Assembly (NCBI GenBank): GCA_020137815.1
Contig: CM035359.1
Location: 1-64,000 of the forward strand
Direction of reading: 5' to 3'
Length of the DNA stretch: 64,000 nt
Source: Hormiphora californensis
Taxonomy: Eukaryota > Animalia > Ctenophora
A program made the translations under genes and the position numbers. Under the pieces are notes generated by a model that saw nothing but the letters and a program-made list of their open reading frames with translations, searched no databases and was not told where the DNA came from. Below, in pieces: positions 40,260 to 52,617 of this stretch (position 1 is the first letter of the stretch; every line of letters starts with the position of its first letter).

Positions 40260-43200
40260 CAGGGTGTGAACTGCATGTCGTGTTTGCTAGTCGCGAGCGC
40301 GCTTGCGAGACAAGTAAACACGTCAAGGTTCATTAACAAGCATGCTGCTCAGTCATTTTAGATTTAATACACAATGTAAGGATACCATGTTATAGGTGAG
40401 ACTCTTGCCGTCACCCTCGTTCAAGTCCCGTGAAAAACGGAGCAGTACACGCAAACTGATGCCCATTTTCTTCGCGTGACCCCGATTCAGCAGTTTGAGA
40501 CACCAACTCTTTAGGGGGCCATATCTCAGGAACCAGACAAGATAGGAAAAATCGCCGTCTAATGAGGCGTACAGTTTTTAATCTAGTTTACCACTGTACC
40601 GGCCGTTTCACTCTCCGACCTAAAACAAAAATCGCAACCCCACAAAACTCCAAAATAATGAAATTCGCATCTCGCATGTCGTGTTGCATGTCGTGTCATG
40701 TTATTGACGCGCTCGCGTTCAACTCTCACACAGCAGCTGCAGAACATGGCGGGAAACATCGAGGAGTAGAGAGAGGGTCGGTGCCGAATCAAATATTTCT
40801 TGATCTTGATCTACTCCATCTCTCAGCTATCCTACCCCTCATCAACTCGATCTCTCAGCTACCCTACCCCTCATCTACTCCATCTTTCAGCTACCCTACC
40901 CCTCATCTACTCCATCTTTCAGCTACTCTACCCCTTATCTAGTCCATCTCTCAGCTACCCTACTCCTCATCTACTCCATCTCTCAGCTTCCCTATTAGGG
41001 AAGCATAAAGATGGAAACGATTAGGGGTAGGGAATCCCTATCCATAATCGTTTCCATCTCTATGCTTCCCTAGCCCTCATCAACTCCATCTTTCAGCTAC
41101 CCTACCCCTAATCTAGTCCATCTCTCCGCTACCCTACTCCTCATCTACTCCATCTCTCAGCTACCCTACCTCCCATTTACTCCATCTCTCAGCTTCCCTA
41201 CCTCCCATTTACTCCATCTCTCAGCTTCCCTACCTCCCATTTACTCCATCTCTCAGCTTCCCTACCTCCCATTTACTCCATCTCTCAGCTTCCCTACCTC
41301 TCATTTACTCCATCTCTCAGCTTCCCTACCTCCCATTTACTCCATCTCTCAGCTACCCAACCTCCCATTCACTCCATCTCTCAGCTTCCCTACCTCCCAT
41401 TTACTCCATCTCTTAGCTTCCCTACCTCTCATTTAGTACTCCATCTCTCAGCTACCCTACCTCCCATTTACTCCATCTCTCAGCTTCCCTACCTCCCATT
41501 TACTCCATCTCTCAGCTTCCCTACCTCCCATTTACTCCATCTCACAGCTACCTTACCTTCCATTTACTCCATCTCTGAGCTTCCCTTCCTCCCATTTACT
41601 CCATCTCTCAGCTACCCTACCTCCCATTTACTCCATCTCTCAGCTTCCCTACCTCCCATTTACTCCATCCCTGCCTCCCATTTACTCCATCTCTCAGCTA
41701 CCCTACCTCCCATTCACTCCATCTCTCAGCTACCCTACCACCCATTTACTCCATCTCTCAGCTTCCCTACCTCCCATTTACTCCATCTCTCAGCTTCCCT
41801 ACCTCCCATTTACTCCATCCCTCAGCTTCCCTACCTCCCATTTACTCCATCTCTCAACTTCCCTACCTCCCATTTACTCCATCTCTCAGCTACCCTACCT
41901 CCCATTTACTCCATCTCTCAGCTTCCCTACCTCCCATTTACTCCATCTTTCAGCTTCCCTTCCTCCCATTTACTCCATCGCTTACCTTCCCTACCTCCCA
42001 TTTACTCCATCTCTCAGCTTCCCTACCTCCCATTTACTCCCTCTCTCAGCTTCCCTACCTCCCATTTACTCCATCTCTCATTTATCCTAACATTCCTACC
42101 CCTGAGAGATGGAGTAAATGGGAGGTAGGGAAGCTGAGAGATGGAGTAAATGGGAGGTAGGGAAGCTGAGAGATGGAGTAAATGGGAGGTAGGGTAGCTG
42201 AGAGATGGAGTAAATGGGAGGAAGGGAAGCTGAGAGATGGAGTAAATGGAAGGTAAGGTAGCTGAGAGATGGAGTAAATGGGAGGTAGGGAAGCTGAGAG
42301 ATGGAGTAAATGGGAGGTAGGGAAGCTGAGAGATGGAGTAAATGGGAGGTAGGGTAGCTGAGAGATGGAGTACTAAATGAGAGGTAGGGTAGCTGAGAGA
42401 TGGAGTAAGTAAATGAGAGGTAGGGAAGCTGAGAAATGGAGTAAATGGGAGGTAGGGAAGCTGAGAGATGGATCAAATGGGAGGTAGGGTAGCTGAGGGA
42501 TAGAGTAAATGGGAGGTAGGGAAGCTGAGAGATGGAGTAAATGGAAGGTAGGTAAGCTGAGAGATGGAGTAAATGGGAGGTAGGGTATCTGAGAGATGGA
42601 GTAAATGGGAGGTAGGGAAGCTGAGATATGGAGTAAATGGGAGGTAGGTAAGCTAAGAGATGGAGTAAATGGGAGGTAGGGAAGCTGAGAGATGGAGTAA
42701 ATGGGAGGTAGGGTAGCTGATAGATGGAGTGAATGGGAGGTTGGGTAGCTGAGAGATGGAGTAAATGGGAGGTAGGGAAGCTGTGAGATGGAGTAAATGG
42801 GAGGTAGGGAAGCTGAGAGATGGAGTAAATGGGAGGTAGGTAAGCTGAGAGATGGAGTAAATGGGAGGTAGGGTATCTGAGAGATGGAGTAAATGGGAGG
42901 TAGGGAAGCTGAGATATGGAGTAAATGGGAGGTAGGTAAGCTAAGAGATGGAGTAAATGGGAGGTAGGGAAGCTGAGAGATGGAGTAAATGGGAGGTTGG
43001 GTAGCTGAAAGATGGAGTAGATGAGGGGTAGGGTAGCTGAAAGATGGAGTAGATGAGGGGTAGGGTAGCTGAGAGATCGAGTTGATGAGGGGTAGGATAG
43101 CTGAGAGATGGAGTAGATCAAGATCAAGAAATATTTGATTCGGCACCGACCCTCTCTCTACTCCTCGATGTTTCCCGCCATGTTCTGCAGCTGCTGTGTG

Positions 43201-43667
43201 AGAGTTGAACGCGAGCGCGTCAATAACATGACACGACATGCAACACGACATGCGAGATGCGAATTTCATTATTTTGGAGTTTTGTGGGGTTGCGATTTTT
43301 GTTTTAGGTCGGAGAGTGAAACGGCCGGTACAGTGGTAAACTAGATTAAAAACTGTACGCCTCATTAGACGGCGATTTTTCCTATCTTGTCTGGTTCCTG
43401 AGATATGGCCCCCTAAAGAGTTGGTGTCTCAAACTGCTGAATCGGGGTCACGCGAGGAAAATGGGCATCAGTTTGCGTGTACTGCTCCGTTTTTCACGGG
43501 ACTTGAACGAGGGTGACGGCAAGAGTCTCACCTATAACATGGTATCCTTACATTGTGTATTAAATCTAAAATGACTGAGCAGCATGCTTGTTAATGAACC
43601 TTGACGTGTTTACTTGTCTCGCAAGCGCGCTCGCGACTAGCAAACACGACATGCAGTTCACACCCTG
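40260..43667. mobile_element. 3.4-kb palindromic CAGGGTG-ended (Tc1/mariner-like) foldback element with inverted 32-bp satellite arrays
   Basis: 40260-40900 mirrors 43020-43667. Unit TCCCATTTACTCCATCTCTCAGCTTCCCTACC runs forward to about 42080 and reversed from about 42103. Confidence 0.85.
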
Positions 43668-45081
43668 ATATAGATAACCCCGGTTAGTAGAGGGATGAAA
43701 TCTGATATACCAGCCTATTAGGCTGGTATATCAATACGATATCCACGAGGAACGGAGTGACGAGGGGAATATCGTGTGATAATCCCCGTAGGGGATTATC
43801 AAATTTCATCACTTTACTAGCCGTGGTTATTTCTTATAAAACGACCCCGGGAATTATGAAAGGTGTGAAAACAGAGGGAGGGAATTATTTGATATACCAC
43901 AGTAGACTGCGGGAAATATCAGCAGGGGGGGTGGTTTATAAGGCACTACAACAATCAATTACATCAGATATAAATCTTCAGTAGTGTCCTCTCTCAGTCT
44001 TCCTCTGAACCCTCGAAGTGAAAGAGTGACACTCCTCACCATCGAGAAGGACAATCTTAGGCGAATATACCCCACCAAACACCCCTAACAACACGCCAAT
44101 TTTCCACGTGCAAGCCCTACCCCCCCCCCCCCCCCCCCCCCAAAACCAATTATAATATAGATGCTTGTGTTTTTAAAGTTGAAACAGGAGGCCCACGCAT
44201 ACATATGAAACCCTCAATATTGGACAGGGTACATACAAGCTAAACGCCCACGCCAATATACACCCGTGTCCGGTTGCTGTTTGTGGATTCGAATCTCAAA
44301 ATCATTACACCGCCTGAAAAGGTCAAGGTTTTGCGTAACGCGCGAGTTGTTCCTAACGTGAAAAGAACAACCGAGTGCGCTAAAACAAATGCGCGCCGAG
44401 AACGCACTGTTTCTGTCCGCGCGGCAGACTGATCGGGTTTGTTTGTTCGTCTCCCTGGCACTGGCTGTTGCCAGCACCTGACAAACGAAACCTGTCCGTA
44501 CTCTTTTCAACTGTTCTGCCCCTTTATACGTTTTTAACGATAACTCCTTACTCCTGTAGAGAAATCATCCCTGTTACATTTGAAAGGTCTTAAAATTCTC
44601 TTAATAATGCATGTTGAGGGGGTGATCCCTGTATTGATCTCACGTGGTTCGAAGTTTGGTCAGGCATAGAAGACTCTTAATAATGCACCCGGAATGAATT
44701 CTGTTGCAGAAATAAGTTTTGCGAAAACCAGGGGGTGAGAATAGTTGAAAAAAAGGACTTGACTCCACTTGCAAACTAAAAACACGATATTGTTAATTTT
44801 ACCAAATAAAATTACGCTACACGGTCATTTAGGATAAAGTTCATTCGGGTAATTTATCACGGACGGACGACGGCTAAATGTCAAAAACTAAGTGTATAAT
44901 CATGATTCAGAAAATTTAAGCAGACTGAAGAATCACATAAATTGTACTTCACCAGTCTCAAAAAGTTCCCCTAAATACACGCATACAAAAACCCTGCTTG
45001 CGTCAGTTTCAAGCCTCTTCAAGTTCAACTTCATGTTCACATCTAATCTTTCGATACCCTGTTCCCCCCACTGCACCACTG

Positions 45082-45200
45082 ACAGTGATTCACTGTACTG
45101 TGATTCACTGTACTGTGATTCACTGTACTGTGATTCACTGTACTGTGATTCTCTGTACTGTGATTCACTGTACTGTGATTCTCTGCACAGTGATTCACTG
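45082..45200. repeat. 15-bp tandem repeat GTGATTCACTGTACT
   Basis: About 8 visible copies. Confidence 0.95.
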
Positions 45201-45768
45201 CACCCTACCAGATCAGATAAAGGGTGTATAAGCAGACGCTAATTTAACTGCACAAATATACGTCATTACCCCACCGAGGGGATAATATTGTTTATACGTC
45301 TAAAAGTAAAATAAATAGTTAGAGCTAGAAAATCAACAGATGATACAAAAATACCCCTCGAAAGAAAGAAAAAACGGCTCACAGATAAATAAACAGGAAT
45401 ATATATGTGGAAGTTCCTGTGTTTAAAATATGTTAATAACTAAATACTGTAAAACAATGTTAATATCTAGTCTGGTGGCACCGACACCATTTTGCTAAGG
45501 TTGGGTCGGCCCCACCAGACAGGGCCCTACAGGGATAGAGATAAGGCGAGTGGCAGGGAAATTCACCCTACTAATATATTATAAGAAAACGGTTAATTTT
45601 TACCCCCCAAAAATGAAAATGTAGGGGTCGAAAATAAAGCCTGTCGTATCAAAATAAAGTGTCTCTTTTTATCATAAAAGTGTCTTTAAAAAACCTGCAA
45701 TTGAGAATGATTCACAATATCGGGCATCTCAAATTAGGGACGGGTCGGATAAATTAAAGCATACTACG

Positions 45769-47356
45769 TCAGACTATCTCAACGTCTTGTTCTTGGTTAA
45801 AAACATCGTTCGTACTTTGGACCACCTGTGGAAATCAGTATGAAAAAGTTGTTGTAAGAAGTTATATGTTCTGGCGCCGCGACCCCATCTGACCGCACTG
45901 TTAAAATCAAATGGGGTATGGCGTCGCCATACAGTGTTCTGGTCGAATAAAACCGGTCTCTATGACGGAGGGAAGTACTCGATCAGTATTGACAGTGAGT
46001 TTTAGTACACCATGACATGTATTGCACAGTGGACACAAAGGAGGGGAGGATAAGGTCTGTAATAACCTGACACGTGCTAATAATGTTGTCTGTAAATTTG
46101 TTAAGATCTGCTACCAGCCTCGCGTCTAACTCCTCGGTAGTGCTACTGACAGCAGGAACGGGTTTGCCACTAGAAGTATTCCCTGAATCACCTCTGAAAG
46201 AAAGTGAGGATTAGGGGAGCTGTTTAATTTTAACAAAACACGTGGTTGACGGCAGATAACAAGTGCCAAGGGCAGGGTTGTTAGAGGGGATGGTAAACTG
46301 TGTTGCGTGTTTACAAAAGGAAGGGTGATCAGATCAGATCGTGGAAAAACAAGCCCAAGATGATTGATCTGCTCGATGTTTCTCGCGCCCTTCCAGATAC
46401 ATGCTTGATGGTAGGAGGACAACGTGCGCGCCGCGACACTACGCTGAAACGAACAACTTTCGGTACTTGACATTCAATGGCGCGCTACGTCTCGAGGACA
46501 CCCGTTATCTCCCTCTTCCCACACCCTTGCGATAGATTTGTTTATCTTAGCTCTGCTATGCGATAGCCTCGCGTGCTGTGATAGCAGAACACTCAATACT
46601 AAGAGATAGAGATAGAGAAAGAGGGAGAGAAGAGTGCGTGAGAGAGCTAAAAGAAAGCAAGACAGAAAGAAATAGTGAGATCAAATCTTATCTCCCACAC
46701 ACAACACAGACAAAGCAACTATTAATGTTTACCTAAGCAGGCAGTTTGCTTCGTGCTCCCGAGATTTGAGAGGGGAGGAAAACACCTCAAAACATCCTTC
46801 AACCTCGCAGAAGATGTATTTGTGTTTTACAAGATGAAGTTTTAGATGGTGTCCTTGTGGTAATGTCTGCTGGCAGTGGGGGCACGGTACACAGTCCTGA
46901 AATAAATTTAGTTTTTAGAGGTGGAGAAAGTTTTGGAGTTTCAAAATAAAAGTAGTTAAATAGAGAGAGATGACTTTTTTCTTTCATTAGTTGGTCAACA
47001 AATATCTGGGTACTGTGCGGAGAGGACAGTTTTATACGAGACAATATAACAGGTACATGTGTGCATGTGACAAGCTACCCTCTTTGTGTGTGTGTAATTG
47101 TGTTCACAGAAAGAAATGTGTGTGGCTAGGGGTACAAAGATAATGAAAGAGAGATAGAGAGATAGAGAGATAGAGAGAAACAGGAAAGATAGCGAGAAAG
47201 AAAGAGGGTGGGATGTTAGAGAGGGGGAGTGAAACAGTACAGAGAGAGGGGGCCACCTGCTAATAAGGAAAGAGAGAGATAAATAGACCTTGTGTGTAGT
47301 TTTCATTGTTTGTGAAATGTTGATAATATATATTTGGAGAGGAAGATAGATAAAGG

Positions 47357-47388
<32 letters not shown>

Positions 47389-47555
47389 AAAGATAAAGAA
47401 TGAGGGATGGAAAGACAAAGAAGAGAGACGGAAAGAAAATGTAGGTGTGCATGTATGTACTCGACACAAACAGGAAAAAAAATTAGCGGGCTGATAAGAT
47501 AAAAGCTAATTGAATTTGCTTCTCTCATTCTCCCAGCCTCTCTTCTCTTCCTTCC

Positions 47556-47588
<33 letters not shown>

Positions 47589-50035
47589 ACACACACACAT
47601 GACTCCCTCAAAATTGTACCCTCTCTCTATTTCTCTCTCTCTCTATTTCTCTCTCTCTATATTTCTCTCTCTCTATTTCTCTCTCTCTCTCACACAATTG
47701 AATTCTTCAGCACTACACTATGTCTCGTCACTTATACACACCGCTACTGTTATACTGTAGAGAGCCAAATAGACGGAAGGACGTTAGCTTGAGAAGTGAG
47801 CGGAATGTGTTTTATAGAGAGAAAATTAAACAGAGAATTATATTGAGAAATCTGATAAATTGGTAGATCTTTATTATAGATTAGGGGTAAATAGAAGGGG
47901 GGGGGGGGGTAAATAGGAGAGAAAATACAGAGTGATAAATTGATAGATCTCAAATTGAGAGGGGGTTCTTTGTTTTAGTTATCCCTTTGGAGACGATTGG
48001 GTCACAGGTGACCCAATACTTTGAACCCATTTAGCGTCTTTCTAGACCACGTTTGAAAGTTTTAAATTGTTTCCAGGGTTGAAACATACATTTTTCTACC
48101 ATTTTGAGGTCGTTTTGAGCCTCTGAAGTCGTCGACTTCGGAAAACAGGGCTAAAACAGTACATTTGGTGGGCAAAATGGGTAGTTTAATGGCCATATCT
48201 CAAAATTGGTACGAGTATGCTTAAAATGGACTTGGAAAATGCAAGAAAAGTGTATATTTTACTCCGGGTGATATTGCAAATTTTGTGCCTCTCAGAGGCC
48301 TTCAAAGTGCTGGGTCACCTGTGACCCAATCGTCCCCTAACGCTAAAACAGAAATTTGCATTTTACGAGCATTTCTAAAGGAATGGCCGCCGATATAAGT
48401 CCAAAACGGCATTTTTTAAACAGGTGCTAGAGACTAACCGACTCCATCATTGTTATCTCAACATCCAAGGGAGTCGATAAATTTTTTTTTGAGATCCCTG
48501 CTCCTTCAGAAAATTTTTCATCTCGGCCAATTTTGAAATTCTAAAATCGGCTACGGATGAGATAGAGAGGGCCATAGGGTGTGCAAAATGTGCAGAACGG
48601 CCGGGTTTATATAAGTGTTATGAAGAAACATAGTGCCTAAAATGAACGGTTTTCGAGTTATGGGGCAAAATAGCTGCGAAATCTCAATTCCTGTTTTAGC
48701 GTTAGGGGACGATTGGGTCACAGGTGACCCAATAGAAATACAGGTGGTAGAACCAAAATTCCTTTTCCTACGTTTAAGTAGGTTCAAAGTAAGTTTTAGA
48801 GAATTCTGTCGACAGGGGGCTTATCGTCCCCAAAGGGTTATACAGTGGTTTACAGATCTGTTAGGTCTACTTTAGCCACCACGGTCGTAGACAAAGGGGG
48901 TATAGTGATAACACAATAGTAGTCGAGGGAGTGTAGGGGGTGAAAGATGATATGATAATAGGGAATCTATCTCTCTTTCTTTTTCTCTCTCTCTCTTTCT
49001 CTCTCTCTCTTTCTCTCTCTCCCTCCCTCTCTCTATCTCTCCCTTCCCCACATCAGATAACCATATCATATATGCTGATGTGTATAATCATGAGAGGAGG
49101 AGGGAGGGCTGAGATAATTCAACAAGAGATAAAACCTCATGATTAAAATTCAAATACCCACCTCCCCCTCCCCTAACATTTAACAATTAATTAACGCCAT
49201 ATAACAAGAAATGGAAACATCATCGGAATCTCCTGCATTCCAATCATTTTATAGTACTCATCGCAAACAGACAAACTTTCATAATGCTCCATTCCAAAAC
49301 ACTAACAACCTACCCCCCCCCCCCCCCCCCCAGCAGCCCCAACATACCATTTCATAATGGTAATGCTCCATTCCAAAACACTAACAACCTACCTCCCCCC
49401 CACCTACAAAACATCCTGACCCCCTCCCTCCACACAACTACCTACCATTTCATGGTGCTGAATGATGTGTTCCGTTAAGTTGAATTTACTGGTAAATACT
49501 GTTCCATCGGGACAGTTGGGGCAATTTGACAGGGAGCGATGGGTCAACTTCGTCAAACTAGAGTGAGCTGATAAGGAGATAGTAAATCAGAAATTGACAA
49601 TCAAAACATGGGGGATATAATAATTGGACAAAATTCAGTTTGTTAAAAAGTAATTACATAACTTACATAGCTTGTTATTATTATTTGCAGCTAAAAACAG
49701 TCTTCTCCACGACTTGGATGAACCTTTCGATGCTGTTACACCTGTTGTTTCGCCCTAAAAACATGACATTATCATACTATTAGTAGGAGACACTAGCGTG
49801 GTACGCGCAAAAAAATGCGTGCCACATACATAAAATAACAGGTGTGTGGCGCACATTTTTTTGCGCGTACCACGCTAGTTTCTCCTACTATATAGTATAT
49901 GATATAAAACTGATAATTAAAATCGGTAAACTAGTGGTGAAATAACAGCAGCCCGGGGGGGGGGGGCGGGAGTAATGCAACCTGTACCTGTTCTGTTGAG
50001 GGGGTGCTGCTTGACGTATCAATAACCTCTGAATC
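45769..50035 (-). CDS. C2H2 zinc-finger protein, 5' exons not found
   Basis: Phase-compatible GT-AG exons 50035-49988, 49754-49667, 49567-49446, 46896-46733, 46193-46067 and 45825-45769 (stop). Fingers: CPNCPDGTVFTSKFNLTEHIIQHH, CPHCQQTLPQGHHLKLHLVKH and CEVEGCFEVFSSPLKSREHEANC. Confidence 0.75.
47983..48837. mobile_element. piggyBac-like MITE with TTAT target duplication
   Basis: TTAT|CCCTTTGGAGACGAT...ATCGTCCCCAAAGGG|TTAT; internal copies of the palindrome ATTGGGTCACAGGTGACCCAAT. Confidence 0.7.
49771..49903. repeat. Short hairpin MITE-like inverted repeat
   Basis: TAGTAGGAGACACTAGCGTGGTACGCGCAAAAAAATG mirrored by CATTTTTTTGCGCGTACCACGCTAGTTTCTCCTACTA. Confidence 0.75.
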
Positions 50036-52360
50036 CTGATTTGAGGGGCAATAATTAGTAATGATAATGATTGGGGGGGGGGGGTTTGAAAATAATTAGT
50101 CTTTGAGATATACTAGCCTGACTGATTAAACCCAATCTCAAATAACTTCATTTAACGGGGGGGGGAGAACAAAACAATAGATAGAAAGAAGGAGAGATAA
50201 TAGAGAAGAGAGAGATAGCAAATGAGGTTACTTTTTCTCTCCCTGTATATTATACTAGAGAGAGAGAGAGGTAGAATTGTATAAAGGCAGGATAAAGGCC
50301 CTAAGGGTGGTCTATGACTGTTAACAGTATTGCTCTCTCATCAGTTTGACCCTCAGGGCTCTACAACCCCCTCTCTCACACCGGGGTGTTATAACAACTT
50401 AACATCCTATGGTTTTAGAGTTAATTAATAAAGGGGAAGGAAATGAGAACGAGAGAGAACGAGAGGAAGAAAAAAACTCCCTTTTCTTCCCCCCCCCTTC
50501 CTCACCTCTCTCTTTCTCTCTCCTCCCCTCTTCCCTTTTCCTCTCTCTTTAATGAGCCAAAAATCTGATAGAATAAGCACAAATGACCTTATTCGAATTA
50601 AACTGCAACCCCATAGTTCTTAAAGGGGTTAAAAGAATTTTGTTTTAAGAAAAAGAAAAGTGAAGGGGGAAAAGAAGAAAGCCCGGTCTCTGTCCTCCGC
50701 TCCTCTTCACCGTTTTCCCTGTGTTCAATAAAATGGGAGGGAAGATAAGGATTTTCCAGATACAGATCAAGAATTTTCCCCCTTTCCTCTTCCCAACTTT
50801 CTCTCTCAATAACGGCCCCTCCTTCTCTCGGATAGCGGTTACCTTTCTCTTAGCTCTTTACTATCCTCTCCCTCTTTCTCTTTCCCTCTCTCTACATATC
50901 TTTGCTCCCTCTCTCATCCCTTCTTCTCTCTCCTCTTTTCCTCTCCCTCTCTCCTCTCTTTCTCTTCTCCTCTTCCTCTCTCCCTGTTTCCCTCTTTCCT
51001 CCCTTTCTCCCCCCTCTCTTTTTTCTCACTTGTTTCCCCCTCTCTCCTTCTCGGCTTGTTCTCCCTTTATTCTCTTCACTCTTTGGTCTCTTTCCCTTCT
51101 CTCGTCCATTTTCTCTACCCTTTTCTTTTTTTTCTGTCCTGTCCTTTCCTGTTTTCCCTTTCCTGTTCATTCTTCTTTCCCCCTCGTTCCTTCCTTCGCC
51201 CTTCTTCTCTTTTCTCTTTCCTCTCTCTTTCTCTTTCCTTCTTTCCCTCTCTCCCTCTCCCTTCCCCTTCTTTCCCCCCTTTCTCACTCTTTCTCTCCCC
51301 CTCTTTTTTACTGACTTCCATCTCTCTATCTTGTCTTGGAACTATCATCACCTATTTTATCTCACGATTGGCGGCGTTATCTCTGATTTTCATAAGCATT
51401 TTGCGTGTTCAAGAGAGAGAAAGTAAGAGAAGGAGTCGAAAACTAGACATTTAAAATGCAGCAACAAGAATCATTATCACTGCGCTGGCAAGCGCAAAGG
51501 TTGCCATTCCCCCCCCCCCCCCCCCAAAAAGCGCTGCCAGAAACGCAGTTATACGTTTTATGGGTGTTTCGCTGAAAAAACCAGATTTCAGAAGGCTATA
51601 GCGTGGCTCTCTTTCATCCGTTTGACTTGAAATTTGGAATGCATACCCGGCTTGGGGTCTTTGACTCATGTTAAAAATTTCAAGTCTCTATCTCATCTGG
51701 ATCCGGAGTTACAGACTGGTCCCATTTGCTATAGATTCAGTGTAACGGACACGCGCGCGCGCGTACGCGCATAGGAGAGACGCTTTTTCTGAGCACAGTT
51801 CTGAACAAACGGAAAGAGATAGAGACTTGTCGTTTTCACTAGCTTGTAAATCTACTCAATTATTGTGTTATTAGCGGGGTGAGGTTTTCCATCATCCCCA
51901 GGAACGTCCTACAGAACGTCTTAAGATCGTCATTTTTCAGACTCTGACCAAAATTCTTTAAGCTCAATTTACACCCTGAAGACGGATTCAAATCGAAAAA
52001 CGAAGACTATATCATGGAAAGAGATTTGTCTGAACTTTCAGAAACTATATTGCGAATTTTCAAAACCAGATGTATAAGGGTCTTAAAACGCGTCTAAAGT
52101 GTTATGACTGCTTAAAATTAGATATGACGATATGGGGTTTTTCGCCATAGCGGACTCAAATCTCATCTAATCAATCTCAAACTTGGTCAGTATCTTTATC
52201 TAGGTGGGCCGATAATATGACGTCATAATTTTGACGTTACAACGTCGTGACGTCGCGTTATGACGTCAAAAATGAAAATTTCGCAATTTCACGATTATAA
52301 CCTCTCTGTACCTGTTTTACTACATCTACATGGATAAAAAAGCCCAAAAATGATGCATAT

Positions 52361-52555
52361 TATACCAAAACTAATTGAAATTAGTGGGCCGGAAAGGTTG
52401 CCCTACTATTTGAGCTACCTTTGGCACCGGTACATTCCCCTGTGAAGATGGACGAAGCTTCTGTACCCAGTACCCTGTGAATGTTAAGGTGGGAAAGGTA
52501 GCTCAAATAGTAGGGGAACCTTTCCGGCCCACTAATTTCAATTAGTTTTGGTATA
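52361..52555. repeat. Hairpin MITE-like inverted repeat (about 60-bp arms)
   Basis: TATACCAAAACTAATTGAAATTAGTGGGCCGGAAAGGTT is mirrored at 52517-52555. Confidence 0.8.
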
Positions 52556-52617
52556 ATTTAATAATACAAGAACTCTGACTGGAATGTTCACATCTGAAAT
52601 TCCAATAACAGCCATTT

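Noticed and set aside
42096-43365. 330-343-aa repetitive ORFs
   Set aside because: Products of a stop-poor 32-bp satellite; mirrored on the other arm of the palindrome.
44890-45060. Possible isolated minus-strand exon
   Set aside because: No partner exon or motif identified; it lies beyond the zinc-finger gene stop.
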